Assembly (NCBI GenBank): GCA_963664705.1
Contig: OY761556.1
Coordinates: 608,001-672,000, forward strand
Length of the DNA stretch: 64,000 nucleotides
Reading direction: 5' to 3'
From: Acidobacteriota bacterium
Lineage (GTDB): Bacteria; Acidobacteriota; UBA6911
Part shown: positions 19,798 to 29,283 of the stretch, one piece after another
How positions within the stretch are numbered: position 1 is the first letter of the stretch
Layout: every line of letters starts with the position of its first letter
Program-made: the position numbers and the translations under genes
Notes under the pieces: model-generated
Databases searched by the model: none
Seen by the model: only the letters and a program-made list of their open reading frames with translations
Told to the model about the DNA's origin: nothing

Positions 19798-20568
19798 ATG
19801 CGTATGAGAAGCGTGCTGGTGCTGGTGGGTTTTGTTTTACTTTTCTCTCTGAATGTCCGAAGCCAGGATGAGGACATCATCAAGAAGCTGTTTCAGGATG
19901 CCATAGAGGCAATGGGCGGAGAAGCATACCTGAATGTTAAGGATATGACCTCTGAAGGGCAATTTTTCCAGTTCAACAGCCAGGGAGAGAATTCCGGGTT
20001 GATCAAGTTTGTCGATTATACCAAGCTTCCCGACAAGAGCCGTCATGAGTCCGGCAATAAAAAGAGGGACTTGGATATCTCCGTCTTCAATCTTGAGAAA
20101 AACGAAGGATGGATTCAGGAGGGGCAGAAGGATACCCGTGAAGCAAAGCCGGAAGAAATGCGGAGTTTTCGCAGTGTGGTGAAGCACAGCATCGATACAA
20201 TTTTTCATTACCGCTATAAGGATCCGGAAAACAAACTCTTTTATATGGGGCCCGGGGAAGGGAAGGATGTGACTTTGGAGCTGGTGAAAATTGTGGATCC
20301 GGAAAACGACGAGACCACGGTCTATTTCGATCGCATTTCAAAGCTCCCCGCCAGAATCGAGTACAGGGATATAAACAACCGTGGCATCCGGGTTCGTCTG
20401 GTCGACGAATTCAGTCAATGGCATGTGATCCAGGGGGTTAATACGCCCATGCGCGTGGATGGCAGTTTGAACGGCCGTCGTGCTTCGCAGACGTTTGTAT
20501 TGAAGATCAGCTACAACACAAACATTCCGGATAGCTTCTTTTCAAAACCCCTACCTCCAAAAAAATAG
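19798..20568 (+). CDS. Secreted LolA-like/lipoprotein-sorting fold protein
   Basis: Signal peptide, 'AIEAMGG', 'PDKSR', 'YFD..SKLP', 'FS.W..IQGV.TP', 'N.NIPDSFF' pattern. Confidence 0.55.
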   Translation: MRMRSVLVLVGFVLLFSLNVRSQDEDIIKKLFQDAIEAMGGEAYLNVKDMTSEGQFFQFNSQGENSGLIKFVDYTKLPDKSRHESGNKKRDLDISVFNLEKNEGWIQEGQKDTREAKPEEMRSFRSVVKHSIDTIFHYRYKDPENKLFYMGPGEGKDVTLELVKIVDPENDETTVYFDRISKLPARIEYRDINNRGIRVRLVDEFSQWHVIQGVNTPMRVDGSLNGRRASQTFVLKISYNTNIPDSFFSKPLPPKK

Positions 20569-20590
20569 GCGGTTGGCAAGAGGGTGAGAA

Positions 20591-21211
20591 GTGGAGATTT
20601 TCGATATATCCCAGACGTTGCATCCCGGGATGGCTATCTGGCCGGGCGACCCCGAGCTTTCGCTTCAGCGGACTTTTTCCATCGGGGAAGGGCAGTCCTC
20701 CACCGTTTCCCGTATCCAAATGGGAACTCATACCGGTACGCACGTCGATGCGCCTCTGCACCTGCAGCGCCTGGGGAATGACGTGGCCCAGATCCCGCTT
20801 CAATCCTGCATTGGGCCCGTTCGTGTCATGGATTTTTCCGGAAAGACCTTTATAGGAGCCGAGGACCTTTTATCCCGGAAATGGGATACGGTGGAGAGAA
20901 TTCTGTTCCGTACCCAGCGGAGTGGTAATCAGGGGAATTCCTTTGATCCCGATTTTGCCTGGCTGGATATCGGGGCGGCTTCATTCCTGGCGGAGAAAGG
21001 TATCCTGCTGGTTGGTATGGATTCCCCGTCCGTAGATTGCTTCGATAGCACCGATCTTCCTGCTCACAACCTGCTTCTGGGGCGTGGAATTGTAGTTGTG
21101 GAAAATCTCAGACTTGGGGATGTTCCGCCCGGAGATTACAACCTTGCCTGCGTGCCTCTGAAAATTGATGGGGCGGACGGTTCTCCCGTCCGTGCCGTGT
21201 TGTGGCGATAG
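20591..21211 (+). CDS. Metal-dependent cyclase family hydrolase (kynurenine formamidase KynB-like)
   Basis: WPGDP, HTGTHVDAP.H, VGMDSPSVD, VENL, PLKI.GADGSPVRA. Confidence 0.88.
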   Translation: MEIFDISQTLHPGMAIWPGDPELSLQRTFSIGEGQSSTVSRIQMGTHTGTHVDAPLHLQRLGNDVAQIPLQSCIGPVRVMDFSGKTFIGAEDLLSRKWDTVERILFRTQRSGNQGNSFDPDFAWLDIGAASFLAEKGILLVGMDSPSVDCFDSTDLPAHNLLLGRGIVVVENLRLGDVPPGDYNLACVPLKIDGADGSPVRAVLWR

Positions 21212-21214
21212 CCG

Positions 21215-22102
21215 CTATCCCACTGCCTCGGTAAGAGCCGATTCCAATTCTTCCGCGTTACAAATCTGGTAATTGGATTTCTGCCGGATAATCTGGTCTG
21301 CGAGCGCCGTATGAATGGCATGCCCGGCCCGCTCCGCATAAAGGCGGCCGATAATCGGGTATCCTGTCAGCGAAATGTCGCCCAGCAGATCCAGAAGCTT
21401 GTGGCGCACAAATTCATTCGGGAATCGGAGCTGATCGTTGACTATGCCGGAGGAATCGAGCACAACTGCATTCTCAAGCGAGCCACCGCGAATCAGTCCC
21501 AGGCTTTTGAGGTATTCGATGTCCGAAACGAAACCAAAGGTTCGAGCCATGGCGATTTCCCGGCAGAAGGATTCCGGTGTCAGCGTGATTTCGATCTTCT
21601 GATACCCAATGGAATGATGTTCGAAATCGATCACATAAGTGGCGCTGGGTACCGGGTCCGGATACACGCCGGCAACTTTGTCTCCCTGGCGAACCTCAAT
21701 CGGGCGTTCGATCACAATGTATTTGCGCAAGGCATCCTGCTCAGCAATTCCGGCTTTCTCGATCTCGGCGACAAACTGACCGCAACTGCCGTCAAGGATG
21801 GGCACCTCCATGGAGTCGACGTCCAGGTAGGCATTATCGATGCATAGGCCATACAGCGTCGAAAGGAGGTGTTCCACGGTGGAAATCATGACACCTTTTT
21901 TCATCAGCGTTGTGGCGTAGCTGACCTTTGCTACATGATTCCGGACCGCCTCAATCTCGAAGTTCTTCAGGTCTGTGCGCCGAAAGCGTATGCCTGTGTC
22001 CGGAGGGGCGGGATTGACTGTAAGCTTGACGGCATATCCTGTGTGCAGACCGATTCCATCAAAGTGAATTTTTTTGCACAGCGTTCTCTGGAACTTAAAC
22101 AT
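21215..22102 (-). CDS. lpxC: UDP-3-O-acyl-N-acetylglucosamine deacetylase
   Basis: GIGLHTG, TVEHLLS, EVPILDGS, ARTFGF, GGSLENA, HKLLDLLGD, GH. Confidence 0.97.
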   Translation of the reverse strand: MFKFQRTLCKKIHFDGIGLHTGYAVKLTVNPAPPDTGIRFRRTDLKNFEIEAVRNHVAKVSYATTLMKKGVMISTVEHLLSTLYGLCIDNAYLDVDSMEVPILDGSCGQFVAEIEKAGIAEQDALRKYIVIERPIEVRQGDKVAGVYPDPVPSATYVIDFEHHSIGYQKIEITLTPESFCREIAMARTFGFVSDIEYLKSLGLIRGGSLENAVVLDSSGIVNDQLRFPNEFVRHKLLDLLGDISLTGYPIIGRLYAERAGHAIHTALADQIIRQKSNYQICNAEELESALTEAVG

Positions 22103-22163
22103 GCATCAATCCCTGTATCAAAAGTGCATTTGTATTTGCGAAAGGCAAAAAAACATTTAAGGA

Positions 22164-22180
22164 TAGCAAATTTCGTGCCA
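22164..22180 (-). promoter_or_regulatory. Sigma54 (-24/-12) promoter of lpxC
   Basis: Minus strand reads TGGCACG-AAAT-TTGCT, an exact consensus match about 60 nt upstream of the lpxC ATG. Confidence 0.85.
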
Positions 22181-22382
22181 TCTTCGGCCGCGACGACGAA
22201 AGACTGGGAAGTGGTTTTGGTCGAGTTATTTATGGGCTGTTTGATGGAAATCTGCCTATCATGTCATGGAGATGTTGTTGCATTTAAGACACAGTGGAGG
22301 CTTGCGGGAACACTCCTATGTTCATAGTCGTTGCGGAAGAAGTACAATGTATGATAATTGTTAATGGACTTAAGGCGGACTG

Positions 22383-22472
22383 ATGAGCAGCAAAGCAAAT
22401 GTTCAGATCGATGTTTGGTGTTGGTGGCGCTCGGACACCTGTGCCCGGGTCGGTTGGCCGCCACTCCCCTGA
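22383..22472 (+). CDS. trpL: trp operon leader peptide (29 aa)
   Basis: MSSKANVQIDVWCWWRSDTCARVGWPPLP*, with four Trp codons including W-C-W-W-R, immediately before a terminator and trpE. Confidence 0.85.
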   Translation: MSSKANVQIDVWCWWRSDTCARVGWPPLP

Positions 22473-22494
22473 ACTGCTTTGCCAAGGGATAAGG

Positions 22495-22530
22495 AAGCCG
22501 TGAACGACTCGAGGCGTTCACGGCTTTTTT
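22495..22530 (+). terminator. trp attenuator terminator
   Basis: AAGCCGTGAACG/CGTTCACGGCTT stem followed by a T run, 24 nt upstream of trpE. Confidence 0.9.
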
Positions 22531-22554
22531 GTTTATACGCGGGTTTTCCGGAGA

Positions 22555-24039
22555 GTGGATATGATTCAGCCATCATTATCGGAATTAAAAAAACTGGCAG
22601 AGAAGGGATCCGTCATCCCCGTTTGTAAGGACATATTGGGGGATTTGATTACTCCTGCCGCTGCGTTTTTGAGAGTCGCTCACGGTCGGCGCCGGGCGTT
22701 TCTTCTGGAAAGCGTGGAGGGCGGAGAGCATCTGGCGCGCTATTCTTTTATTGGCTGGGACCCCTTCCTGGTCGTGCGGGGGAAAGGGGATTCGGTTTCC
22801 ATTGAACGCCAGGGCGAGATCAGCCACGAATCCACACGCGGCTTCGATAAGCTCCGTGAGATATCCGCAGGCTTCGCTCCCGTACAGATTCCCGACCTGC
22901 CGCCATTTCTGGGCGGTGGAGTCGGCTATTTTGCGTACGACCTGATCCGGCAATTTGAAAAGCTCCCGAGTATTGCCGAAGATGACCTCAAAATGGATGA
23001 CTACCAGGTGATGTATTTTTCCACGCTTCTTGCTTTCGATCACCTGCGGCACAGGATTCACATCATCACCAACATATTCAACGATCGAGGTACGGATAAC
23101 CTGGAAGGCAAGTATCAGGACGCGCTTCTCAGAATTGAGCAGATTGAAAAGCGCCTGACGGTTCCCATTTCTTTGCCGTCTCCCGCCGTTCAGACCACTA
23201 TCCCGGATCCGGTTTCCAATTTGAGCGAATCCACGTATTACGAAAATGTTGCCACGGCGAAATCACACATCTTTGCGGGAGACATTTTTCAGGTTGTGTT
23301 ATCGCAGCGCTTCGCCATGGACGTGACCTGCGATCCCTTTGATATCTACCGTGCGCTTCGTTTTGTGAATCCTTCCCCGTATATGTTCTTTTTGAGAATG
23401 GATAACCTTCACCTGGTGGGAGCTTCGCCGGAGATGCTGGTTAAGGTGCAGGACGGCCATGTCGAGTACGGACCGATTGCCGGGACCCGGCCACGGGGCA
23501 AGACGCCGGAGGAAGATGCCCGCTTGACGCGTGAACTGCTGGACGACGAGAAGGAACGGGCGGAACATATTATGTTAGTGGACCTGGGACGAAACGATTT
23601 GGGACGGGTCTGCAACTTCGGTACGGTCAAGGTGACCGATCTTATGCGTATCGAAAAATATAGCCATGTGATGCACCTGGTCAGCAGCGTGGAAGGAAGT
23701 TTGCGGGGCGATCTGGACTGCTTCCATGCCCTGGAATCCTGTCTTCCGGCCGGAACCGTGTCAGGAGCCCCAAAAGTTCGAGCTATGGAGATTATTGATG
23801 CCCTGGAACCGAAACGGAGGGGCGTGTACGGAGGAGCGGTAGGCTATATCGATTTCTCCGGCAATCTGGATACCTGCATTGCACTTCGTACTCTTGTCAT
23901 AAAAGACGGAGTGGCCTATATCCAGGCAGGAGGCGGCATTGTGGCCGATTCCCACCCGCAGCGGGAGAGGGAGGAATCGGTGAACAAGGCAAGCGCGCTG
24001 ATCCGCGCCGTGCGCTTTGCCCACGAAGGGCTGAAGTAA
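22555..24039 (+). CDS. trpE: Anthranilate synthase component I
   Basis: FLLESVEGGE..ARYS, GDIFQVVLSQRF, NPSPYMF, PIAGTR, AEH.MLVDLGRND, PAGTVSGAPK. Confidence 0.96.
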   Translation: MDMIQPSLSELKKLAEKGSVIPVCKDILGDLITPAAAFLRVAHGRRRAFLLESVEGGEHLARYSFIGWDPFLVVRGKGDSVSIERQGEISHESTRGFDKLREISAGFAPVQIPDLPPFLGGGVGYFAYDLIRQFEKLPSIAEDDLKMDDYQVMYFSTLLAFDHLRHRIHIITNIFNDRGTDNLEGKYQDALLRIEQIEKRLTVPISLPSPAVQTTIPDPVSNLSESTYYENVATAKSHIFAGDIFQVVLSQRFAMDVTCDPFDIYRALRFVNPSPYMFFLRMDNLHLVGASPEMLVKVQDGHVEYGPIAGTRPRGKTPEEDARLTRELLDDEKERAEHIMLVDLGRNDLGRVCNFGTVKVTDLMRIEKYSHVMHLVSSVEGSLRGDLDCFHALESCLPAGTVSGAPKVRAMEIIDALEPKRRGVYGGAVGYIDFSGNLDTCIALRTLVIKDGVAYIQAGGGIVADSHPQREREESVNKASALIRAVRFAHEGLK

Positions 24040-24099
24040 ATGACGAATTAAGGCTGACGAACTGGAAATGGCGACAAGCGGTCTTTGGGGAGTTTCATC

Positions 24100-24666
24100 A
24101 TGATACTGGTCATCGACAATTATGATTCTTTTACCTTCAACCTTGTGCAGTACCTCGGTGAAATGGGGCAGGAGTTGAAGGTTTTTCGCAACGACGCCAT
24201 CGGGCTGGATGAGATTGGAAAGCTCGCCCCACAAAGCATTTTGATCTCCCCGGGCCCCGGCCGTCCTGAGGATTCCGGCATCATTATGGATGTTATCAAG
24301 GAGTTTTCCGGGAAGATCCCAATTCTCGGCGTGTGTTTGGGGCATCAGGCGATTGGGGCTGTCTTCGGTGGGCAGGTGGTTTCCGCTCCGGGAATCATGC
24401 ATGGGAAGACAAGCGAAATTTTTCATGATGGCAAGACGATTTTTAAGGATCTGCCCAGCCCATTTCGCGCAACGCGTTATCACTCGCTGGTGGTGGCGCC
24501 TGAGACCTTTCCGGATTGCCTTGAGATATCGGCCCGAACCTCCGATGGCGTGATTATGGGATTGCGTCATCGTGAGCTGCTTGTCGAGGGGGTTCAGTTT
24601 CACCCCGAATCGATTTTGACCGACAGCGGGATGAAGCTGCTTTCCAATTTTGTCGGTTTGGGATAG
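24100..24666 (+). CDS. trpG: Anthranilate synthase component II (glutamine amidotransferase)
   Basis: [33 protein letters not shown]. Confidence 0.95.
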   Translation: MILVIDNYDSFTFNLVQYLGEMGQELKVFRNDAIGLDEIGKLAPQSILISPGPGRPEDSGIIMDVIKEFSGKIPILGVCLGHQAIGAVFGGQVVSAPGIMHGKTSEIFHDGKTIFKDLPSPFRATRYHSLVVAPETFPDCLEISARTSDGVIMGLRHRELLVEGVQFHPESILTDSGMKLLSNFVGLG

Positions 24667-24687
24667 ATAGATATTTGCGGGTGCCAT

Positions 24688-25506
24688 ATGTCAGGAATAA
24701 CGACCGATTACGCAATACCGGAAGACTTGAGCGGGACCATTCTTGAAGAAATCATGTACTCCAAAGTGCATGAGCTGAGGGGGGCCAAGAAGAAATTTCC
24801 CGCCGTCTGTATCGAGAGCGTTTTGGAAAGAGCTCCGGAAATCCGCTCTTTCAAAAAAGCCCTGACGGGGAAAACGCCGGCAATCATTGCGGAAGTAAAG
24901 AAAGCATCCCCTTCAGCCGGATTGATTCGCCAGGATTTTGATCCTGTGAGCATCGTTCGGGAATACCAGGAATCGGGGGCGGCCGCGGTTTCGGTTATTA
25001 CCGAAGTGCAAAACTTTCAGGGCGGATTGGAAATACTGGCAGCGTTGCGCTGGAATAGCACCATTCCACTGCTGCGCAAAGATTTTATCATCGACAGATA
25101 CCAGGTTCTGGAAGCGCGCCACGCCGGGGCGGATGCTATTCTGCTCATCGCCGCGTTGCTGGATACTGCTTCCTTGAAAAATCTGCGCATCGAGGCTGAA
25201 AAATATGGGATGGATGCGCTGGTGGAAGTTCACAACGAGCCTGAACTGGTACGCACCCTGGAATCGGGTGCAACTCTTGTTGGCGTCAACAACCGGGACC
25301 TGCGCACATTTGAAGTAACGCTGGAAACATCCCTGAGCCTTGTGCGAAAAATGCCCAAAGATGTGTTGCCGGTTGCGGAAAGCGGTATCCGGACATCCAC
25401 GGATTTGCGGAAACTCAGAGATGCGGGATTCAAGGCGTTTCTTGTGGGAGAGCAGCTTATGCGGGCGGAGTCGCCCGGTCGTGCATTAAGAGAGTTGATC
25501 CAATAG
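24688..25506 (+). CDS. trpC: Indole-3-glycerol phosphate synthase
   Basis: IAEVKKASPS.G, LRKDFI, GADAILLI, GVNNRDL, AESGI. Confidence 0.96.
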   Translation: MSGITTDYAIPEDLSGTILEEIMYSKVHELRGAKKKFPAVCIESVLERAPEIRSFKKALTGKTPAIIAEVKKASPSAGLIRQDFDPVSIVREYQESGAAAVSVITEVQNFQGGLEILAALRWNSTIPLLRKDFIIDRYQVLEARHAGADAILLIAALLDTASLKNLRIEAEKYGMDALVEVHNEPELVRTLESGATLVGVNNRDLRTFEVTLETSLSLVRKMPKDVLPVAESGIRTSTDLRKLRDAGFKAFLVGEQLMRAESPGRALRELIQ

Positions 25507-25543
25507 GATCAAAGAGCCTATCCAAAGCGAAGACATTACCGGT

Positions 25544-26179
25544 ATGAAAGTAAAGGTCTGCGGCATAACCAGCTATGAAGATGCAGCCATGGTGCTGGAC
25601 ATGGGCGTGGATGCGTTAGGGTTCAATTTCTTTCCGCGCAGCTCCAGGTATATTGATCCGGCGGCTGCCCGGCGCATTCTTGATCGGCTTCCTCCGTTTG
25701 CGGTGAGCGTTGGACTTTTCGTCAATGTATCACGCCCGGTGGAGGTCATGGAGATGGCGCGTACTGCCGGCGTACAGGTTTTACAGCTGCATGGCGGCGA
25801 AAGTCCCGAGTATTGCCGGGATCTCCAGGGCTGGCCGTTAATCAAGGCCATCCGCATCGGAGAAGGTCCCATAGAGGAAAACCTCGATGCCTATTCGGTG
25901 CGGGCCTTTCTACTCGATGCCAGGGATGATGTGCTTTTCGGCGGAACCGGCCGAACCTTCGATTGGGTTCGGGCTCTAGAAGTTAAAAAAATTCGGCCTG
26001 TGATTTTGGCCGGGGGGCTGCGGCCGGAAAATGTCGGGGATGCGATCCGGACGGTGGGCCCGTATGCGGTCGATGTATGCAGCGGCGTGGAGTGTGCTCC
26101 AGGGAAAAAGGATGCGCAAAGACTGAAAGAATTCATGAATGAGGTGAGGCATGGCAGTGACCCCATACAGCGGCCCTGA
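25544..26179 (+). CDS. trpF: Phosphoribosylanthranilate isomerase
   Basis: [32 protein letters not shown]. Confidence 0.95.
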   Translation: MKVKVCGITSYEDAAMVLDMGVDALGFNFFPRSSRYIDPAAARRILDRLPPFAVSVGLFVNVSRPVEVMEMARTAGVQVLQLHGGESPEYCRDLQGWPLIKAIRIGEGPIEENLDAYSVRAFLLDARDDVLFGGTGRTFDWVRALEVKKIRPVILAGGLRPENVGDAIRTVGPYAVDVCSGVECAPGKKDAQRLKEFMNEVRHGSDPIQRP

Positions 26180-27356
26180 TGCTCGCGGTCGCTTTGGCGA
26201 TTATGGCGGCAGGTTTGTCCCCGAGACTCTGATGGGGCCCCTGCAGGAACTCGAAGCAGCCTATCGGAAGGCAATCAAGGATCCGGATTTCCAGAGGGAA
26301 CTGGATACTCTGCTGAGGACCTATGCCGGACGGCCGACGCAATTGACGCGGGCACACCGCCTTGCGGCTCATATTGGAAAGGGACGCATCTATCTTAAGC
26401 GGGAGGATTTGACCCATACCGGTGCCCACAAGATCAACAACGCAATTGGTCAGATCCTGCTTGCCCGCCGGATGGGGAAGCAGCGGATCATTGCCGAAAC
26501 CGGTGCCGGACAGCATGGAGTGGCTACCGCGACGGTCGCCGCTCTCTTCGGAATGGACTGTGATATTTACATGGGCACAGAGGACATGCGTCGCCAGTCG
26601 CTGAACGTTTTCAGAATGCGTCTGCTGGGAGCCAAGGTCCGACCGGTCGATTCGGGAAGCTGCACGCTCAAAGATGCCATCAATGAAGCAATGCGTGATT
26701 GGGTCACGAATGTTGCATCCACCTATTATCTGCTTGGCTCTGCGCTGGGCGCCCACCCATATCCATGGATTGTCCGGGATTTCCAATCGGTCATCGGGCG
26801 AGAGGCGCGGGCTCAGATTCTGGAAGCGGAGGGCCGTTTGCCCGACCTGCTCATCGCCTGTGTCGGAGGGGGAAGCAATGCCATCGGGCTTTTCCACCAG
26901 TTTCTCGATGATGAGCAAGTGCGCATGATCGGCGTGGAAGCCGGCGGGAAAGGAACGGCATTGGGCGAGCATGCCGCGCGATTCGGCGGCGGACGAAAAG
27001 GCGTACTCCAGGGAACATACAGCTACGTGCTTCAGGATGAAGATGGCCAGATTGCCGCAACCCATTCGGTATCTGCCGGGCTGGATTATGCGTCCGTCGG
27101 TCCGGAACATGCCTGGTTGCATGACCGAGGCCGTGTGCAGTACACCGCCATCTCGGATGAACTGGCATTACAGGCTTTCCAATTGCTGAGCCGGATGGAA
27201 GGGATCATTCCGGCGCTGGAGAGTTCCCATGCGATTGCGGAATTGCTTCGAATCGGGCCAACGTTGGACAAGGATGCGGTGGTGATTGTAAATCTCTCCG
27301 GTCGAGGAGATAAGGATGTGAACCAGGTTGCCCAGATACTGGGTGGGATGGATTGA
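26151..27356 (+). CDS. trpB: Tryptophan synthase beta chain
   Basis: [46 protein letters not shown]. Overlaps trpF by 29 nt. Confidence 0.97.
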   Translation: MAVTPYSGPDARGRFGDYGGRFVPETLMGPLQELEAAYRKAIKDPDFQRELDTLLRTYAGRPTQLTRAHRLAAHIGKGRIYLKREDLTHTGAHKINNAIGQILLARRMGKQRIIAETGAGQHGVATATVAALFGMDCDIYMGTEDMRRQSLNVFRMRLLGAKVRPVDSGSCTLKDAINEAMRDWVTNVASTYYLLGSALGAHPYPWIVRDFQSVIGREARAQILEAEGRLPDLLIACVGGGSNAIGLFHQFLDDEQVRMIGVEAGGKGTALGEHAARFGGGRKGVLQGTYSYVLQDEDGQIAATHSVSAGLDYASVGPEHAWLHDRGRVQYTAISDELALQAFQLLSRMEGIIPALESSHAIAELLRIGPTLDKDAVVIVNLSGRGDKDVNQVAQILGGMD

Positions 27357-27383
27357 TGGGTATTGTTCGAGGATGACAACCAG

Positions 27384-28169
27384 ATGCGACGAATTGCTGA
27401 TAAATTCAATAAACTTGAAGCGACAGGGAAAAAAGCCTTCATCCCATTTATCATGGCCGGAGATCCGGACCTGGACACCACCATCCGTCTGGTTCCGGAA
27501 TTGGAGCGCGCCGGTTCTCACGTCATAGAATTAGGCATTCCATTTTCTGATCCGGTTGCCGACGGCCCTACGATCCAGCGTGCGGGTGCCCGAGCCCTTC
27601 AGCATCGATATCACATGGCGGACTACCTGCAGGCTGTCAGGGATATCCGCCGAGTTAGCGAGGTTCCGATCCTCCTGTTCAGCTACTTTAATCCTGTTCT
27701 GCAATACGGGCTTGATGCGCTGGCGAGCGATGGGCACAAAGCAGGAATTGACGGCATATTGGTTACGGACGTGACGCCGGAAGAAGGATCTCAATATTGT
27801 GCCTGTATGGAATCGAATCAAGTGGACACAATCTTCCTGGTTGCGCCCACCAGCGATGATGAGAGAATCGCCAACATTGCCGCCTGCTCACGCGGCTTTG
27901 TTTATATCGTATCCCGCACGGGAGTTACCGGGACGCAGTCGGATCTTTCCGGCTCGATAGTGCCTACCGTCGAGCGCGTCCGCCGCCATACCAAACTTCC
28001 GGTGGCAGTTGGCTTTGGAATTTCAAGGCCGGAACATGTGCGTGAGGTCTGGAAGATCGCGGATGGCGCCGTAGTAGGGAGCGCCATTGTTGCGGAAATG
28101 GAGAAAATTGCGCGACCTGGAGATATTCCATCCGCGGTGGCAAAGTTCTGTACGTGGATGACCTCCTGA
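27384..28169 (+). CDS. trpA: Tryptophan synthase alpha chain
   Basis: AGDP, ELGIPFSDPVADGPTIQ, VSRTGVTG, VGFGIS, DGAVVGSA. ATG 27384 chosen as start. Confidence 0.96.
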   Translation: MRRIADKFNKLEATGKKAFIPFIMAGDPDLDTTIRLVPELERAGSHVIELGIPFSDPVADGPTIQRAGARALQHRYHMADYLQAVRDIRRVSEVPILLFSYFNPVLQYGLDALASDGHKAGIDGILVTDVTPEEGSQYCACMESNQVDTIFLVAPTSDDERIANIAACSRGFVYIVSRTGVTGTQSDLSGSIVPTVERVRRHTKLPVAVGFGISRPEHVREVWKIADGAVVGSAIVAEMEKIARPGDIPSAVAKFCTWMTS

Positions 28170-28398
28170 ATTTTCGGATTGTCAGAGATCACGCGCCATT
28201 CGCTGCCGGCGAATGAGAAAGCGTTGATGAATCCATCGGACGCCTTCACTCCATCGCGAGCCCGACGCGATATGTCGGCTGCGGCAGTCTTGGTAGGGAA
28301 AGATTCCTGCCCATCCTGCGCTTTTGCGTGCTGCTTTCATATCCTCGCCGGTTCGAACATGCTGATATTCCAATTATTTGGCCAAAAATGATCTCTCC

Positions 28399-28414
28399 TG
28401 GCACGCCTGTTGCA
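28399..28414 (+). promoter_or_regulatory. Sigma54 (-24/-12) promoter
   Basis: TGGCACG-CCTG-TTGCA, an exact consensus match 75 nt upstream of the 195-aa secreted protein. Confidence 0.85.
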
Positions 28415-28489
28415 CTCCACAGCATGTCACTGTGCGGCTGGAACGAAGTAATGTCCGGCCGAGGCATGTGATTATGCAAAGGAGAAAGA

Positions 28490-29077
28490 ATGAAAAAGAC
28501 GCTAATAACATTGTCTCTGTTGTTGGCCTGCAGTTTGACTGCGGCTTTTGTGCTGGCATCGAACCCGTTGCAAACGGATCAGCAGAGCACTTCTTCTTCA
28601 GCATCCGACATGGGGAAGACCGTAACAATTACAGGCTGCCTGCGGTCCGGAACATCGCCCAATTCCTATGTGCTCAATAACGTAATGTCGAGTGATATGA
28701 GTCGGCAGTCATATCAGCGCGGCAAGGACCAAAGCGAGAATCAGACTCACGGGGAATATGGAGATCAGGGATGGAATCGGAGTACGGATACTCCGGATCT
28801 TCAGCATTCGGCGCAGTCAGGATCCACACCTTCCGAGATGGCGAGAGCAGAAACCTCGTATACACTGATTCCAGGTAAACAGGTAGATCTGAAAAGCCAC
28901 ATCGGCCAAAAGGTTGAGGTTACCGGAATGATGGCGGAGGCAAGTTCACAGATGTCTCCGAACCGGACCCCTTCGACCACGGAGAGATCGTCGGCAAACC
29001 ACGATACCCACTGGATGTCCGGACAGCCACATTTCAAAGTCAGTTCCATTCGGCAACTTTCCGGTTCCTGCCAATAA
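28490..29077 (+). CDS. Secreted hypothetical protein (TGCL...C type, with a low-complexity insert)
   Basis: AAGGAG RBS, signal peptide, 'TITGCL', 'YVL.N', 'LK.HIGQKVEVTG', terminal 'V.SI..LSGSC'. Confidence 0.75.
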   Translation: MKKTLITLSLLLACSLTAAFVLASNPLQTDQQSTSSSASDMGKTVTITGCLRSGTSPNSYVLNNVMSSDMSRQSYQRGKDQSENQTHGEYGDQGWNRSTDTPDLQHSAQSGSTPSEMARAETSYTLIPGKQVDLKSHIGQKVEVTGMMAEASSQMSPNRTPSTTERSSANHDTHWMSGQPHFKVSSIRQLSGSCQ

Positions 29078-29086
29078 CTATTCCCG

Positions 29087-29128
29087 CTCCTTTCCCGGCA
29101 GAAGCCGGGAAAGGAGTACCCTCTTTTT
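29087..29128 (+). terminator. Probable intrinsic terminator
   Basis: CTCCTTTCCCGGC/GCCGGGAAAGGAG 13-bp stem followed by a pyrimidine/T-rich tract. Confidence 0.7.
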
Positions 29129-29283
29129 ATTCATTTTCCTCCAAAAACTCTATAAAATAGCTACTATCTGCTGATCGGCGGCTATTGGGTGCAGTATTAG
29201 GCGTGCATCTGCCTGCGATGCCAGGGCCTGCGCGTGATGACCTGAAAAACAGCCAGAAACAGCGCCACGCGAGGAGAGCCATA

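Noticed and set aside
29130-29283. Possible B12 riboswitch upstream of RACo (AGCCAGAAAC)
   Set aside because: Only a partial B12-box resemblance; the conserved core is absent.
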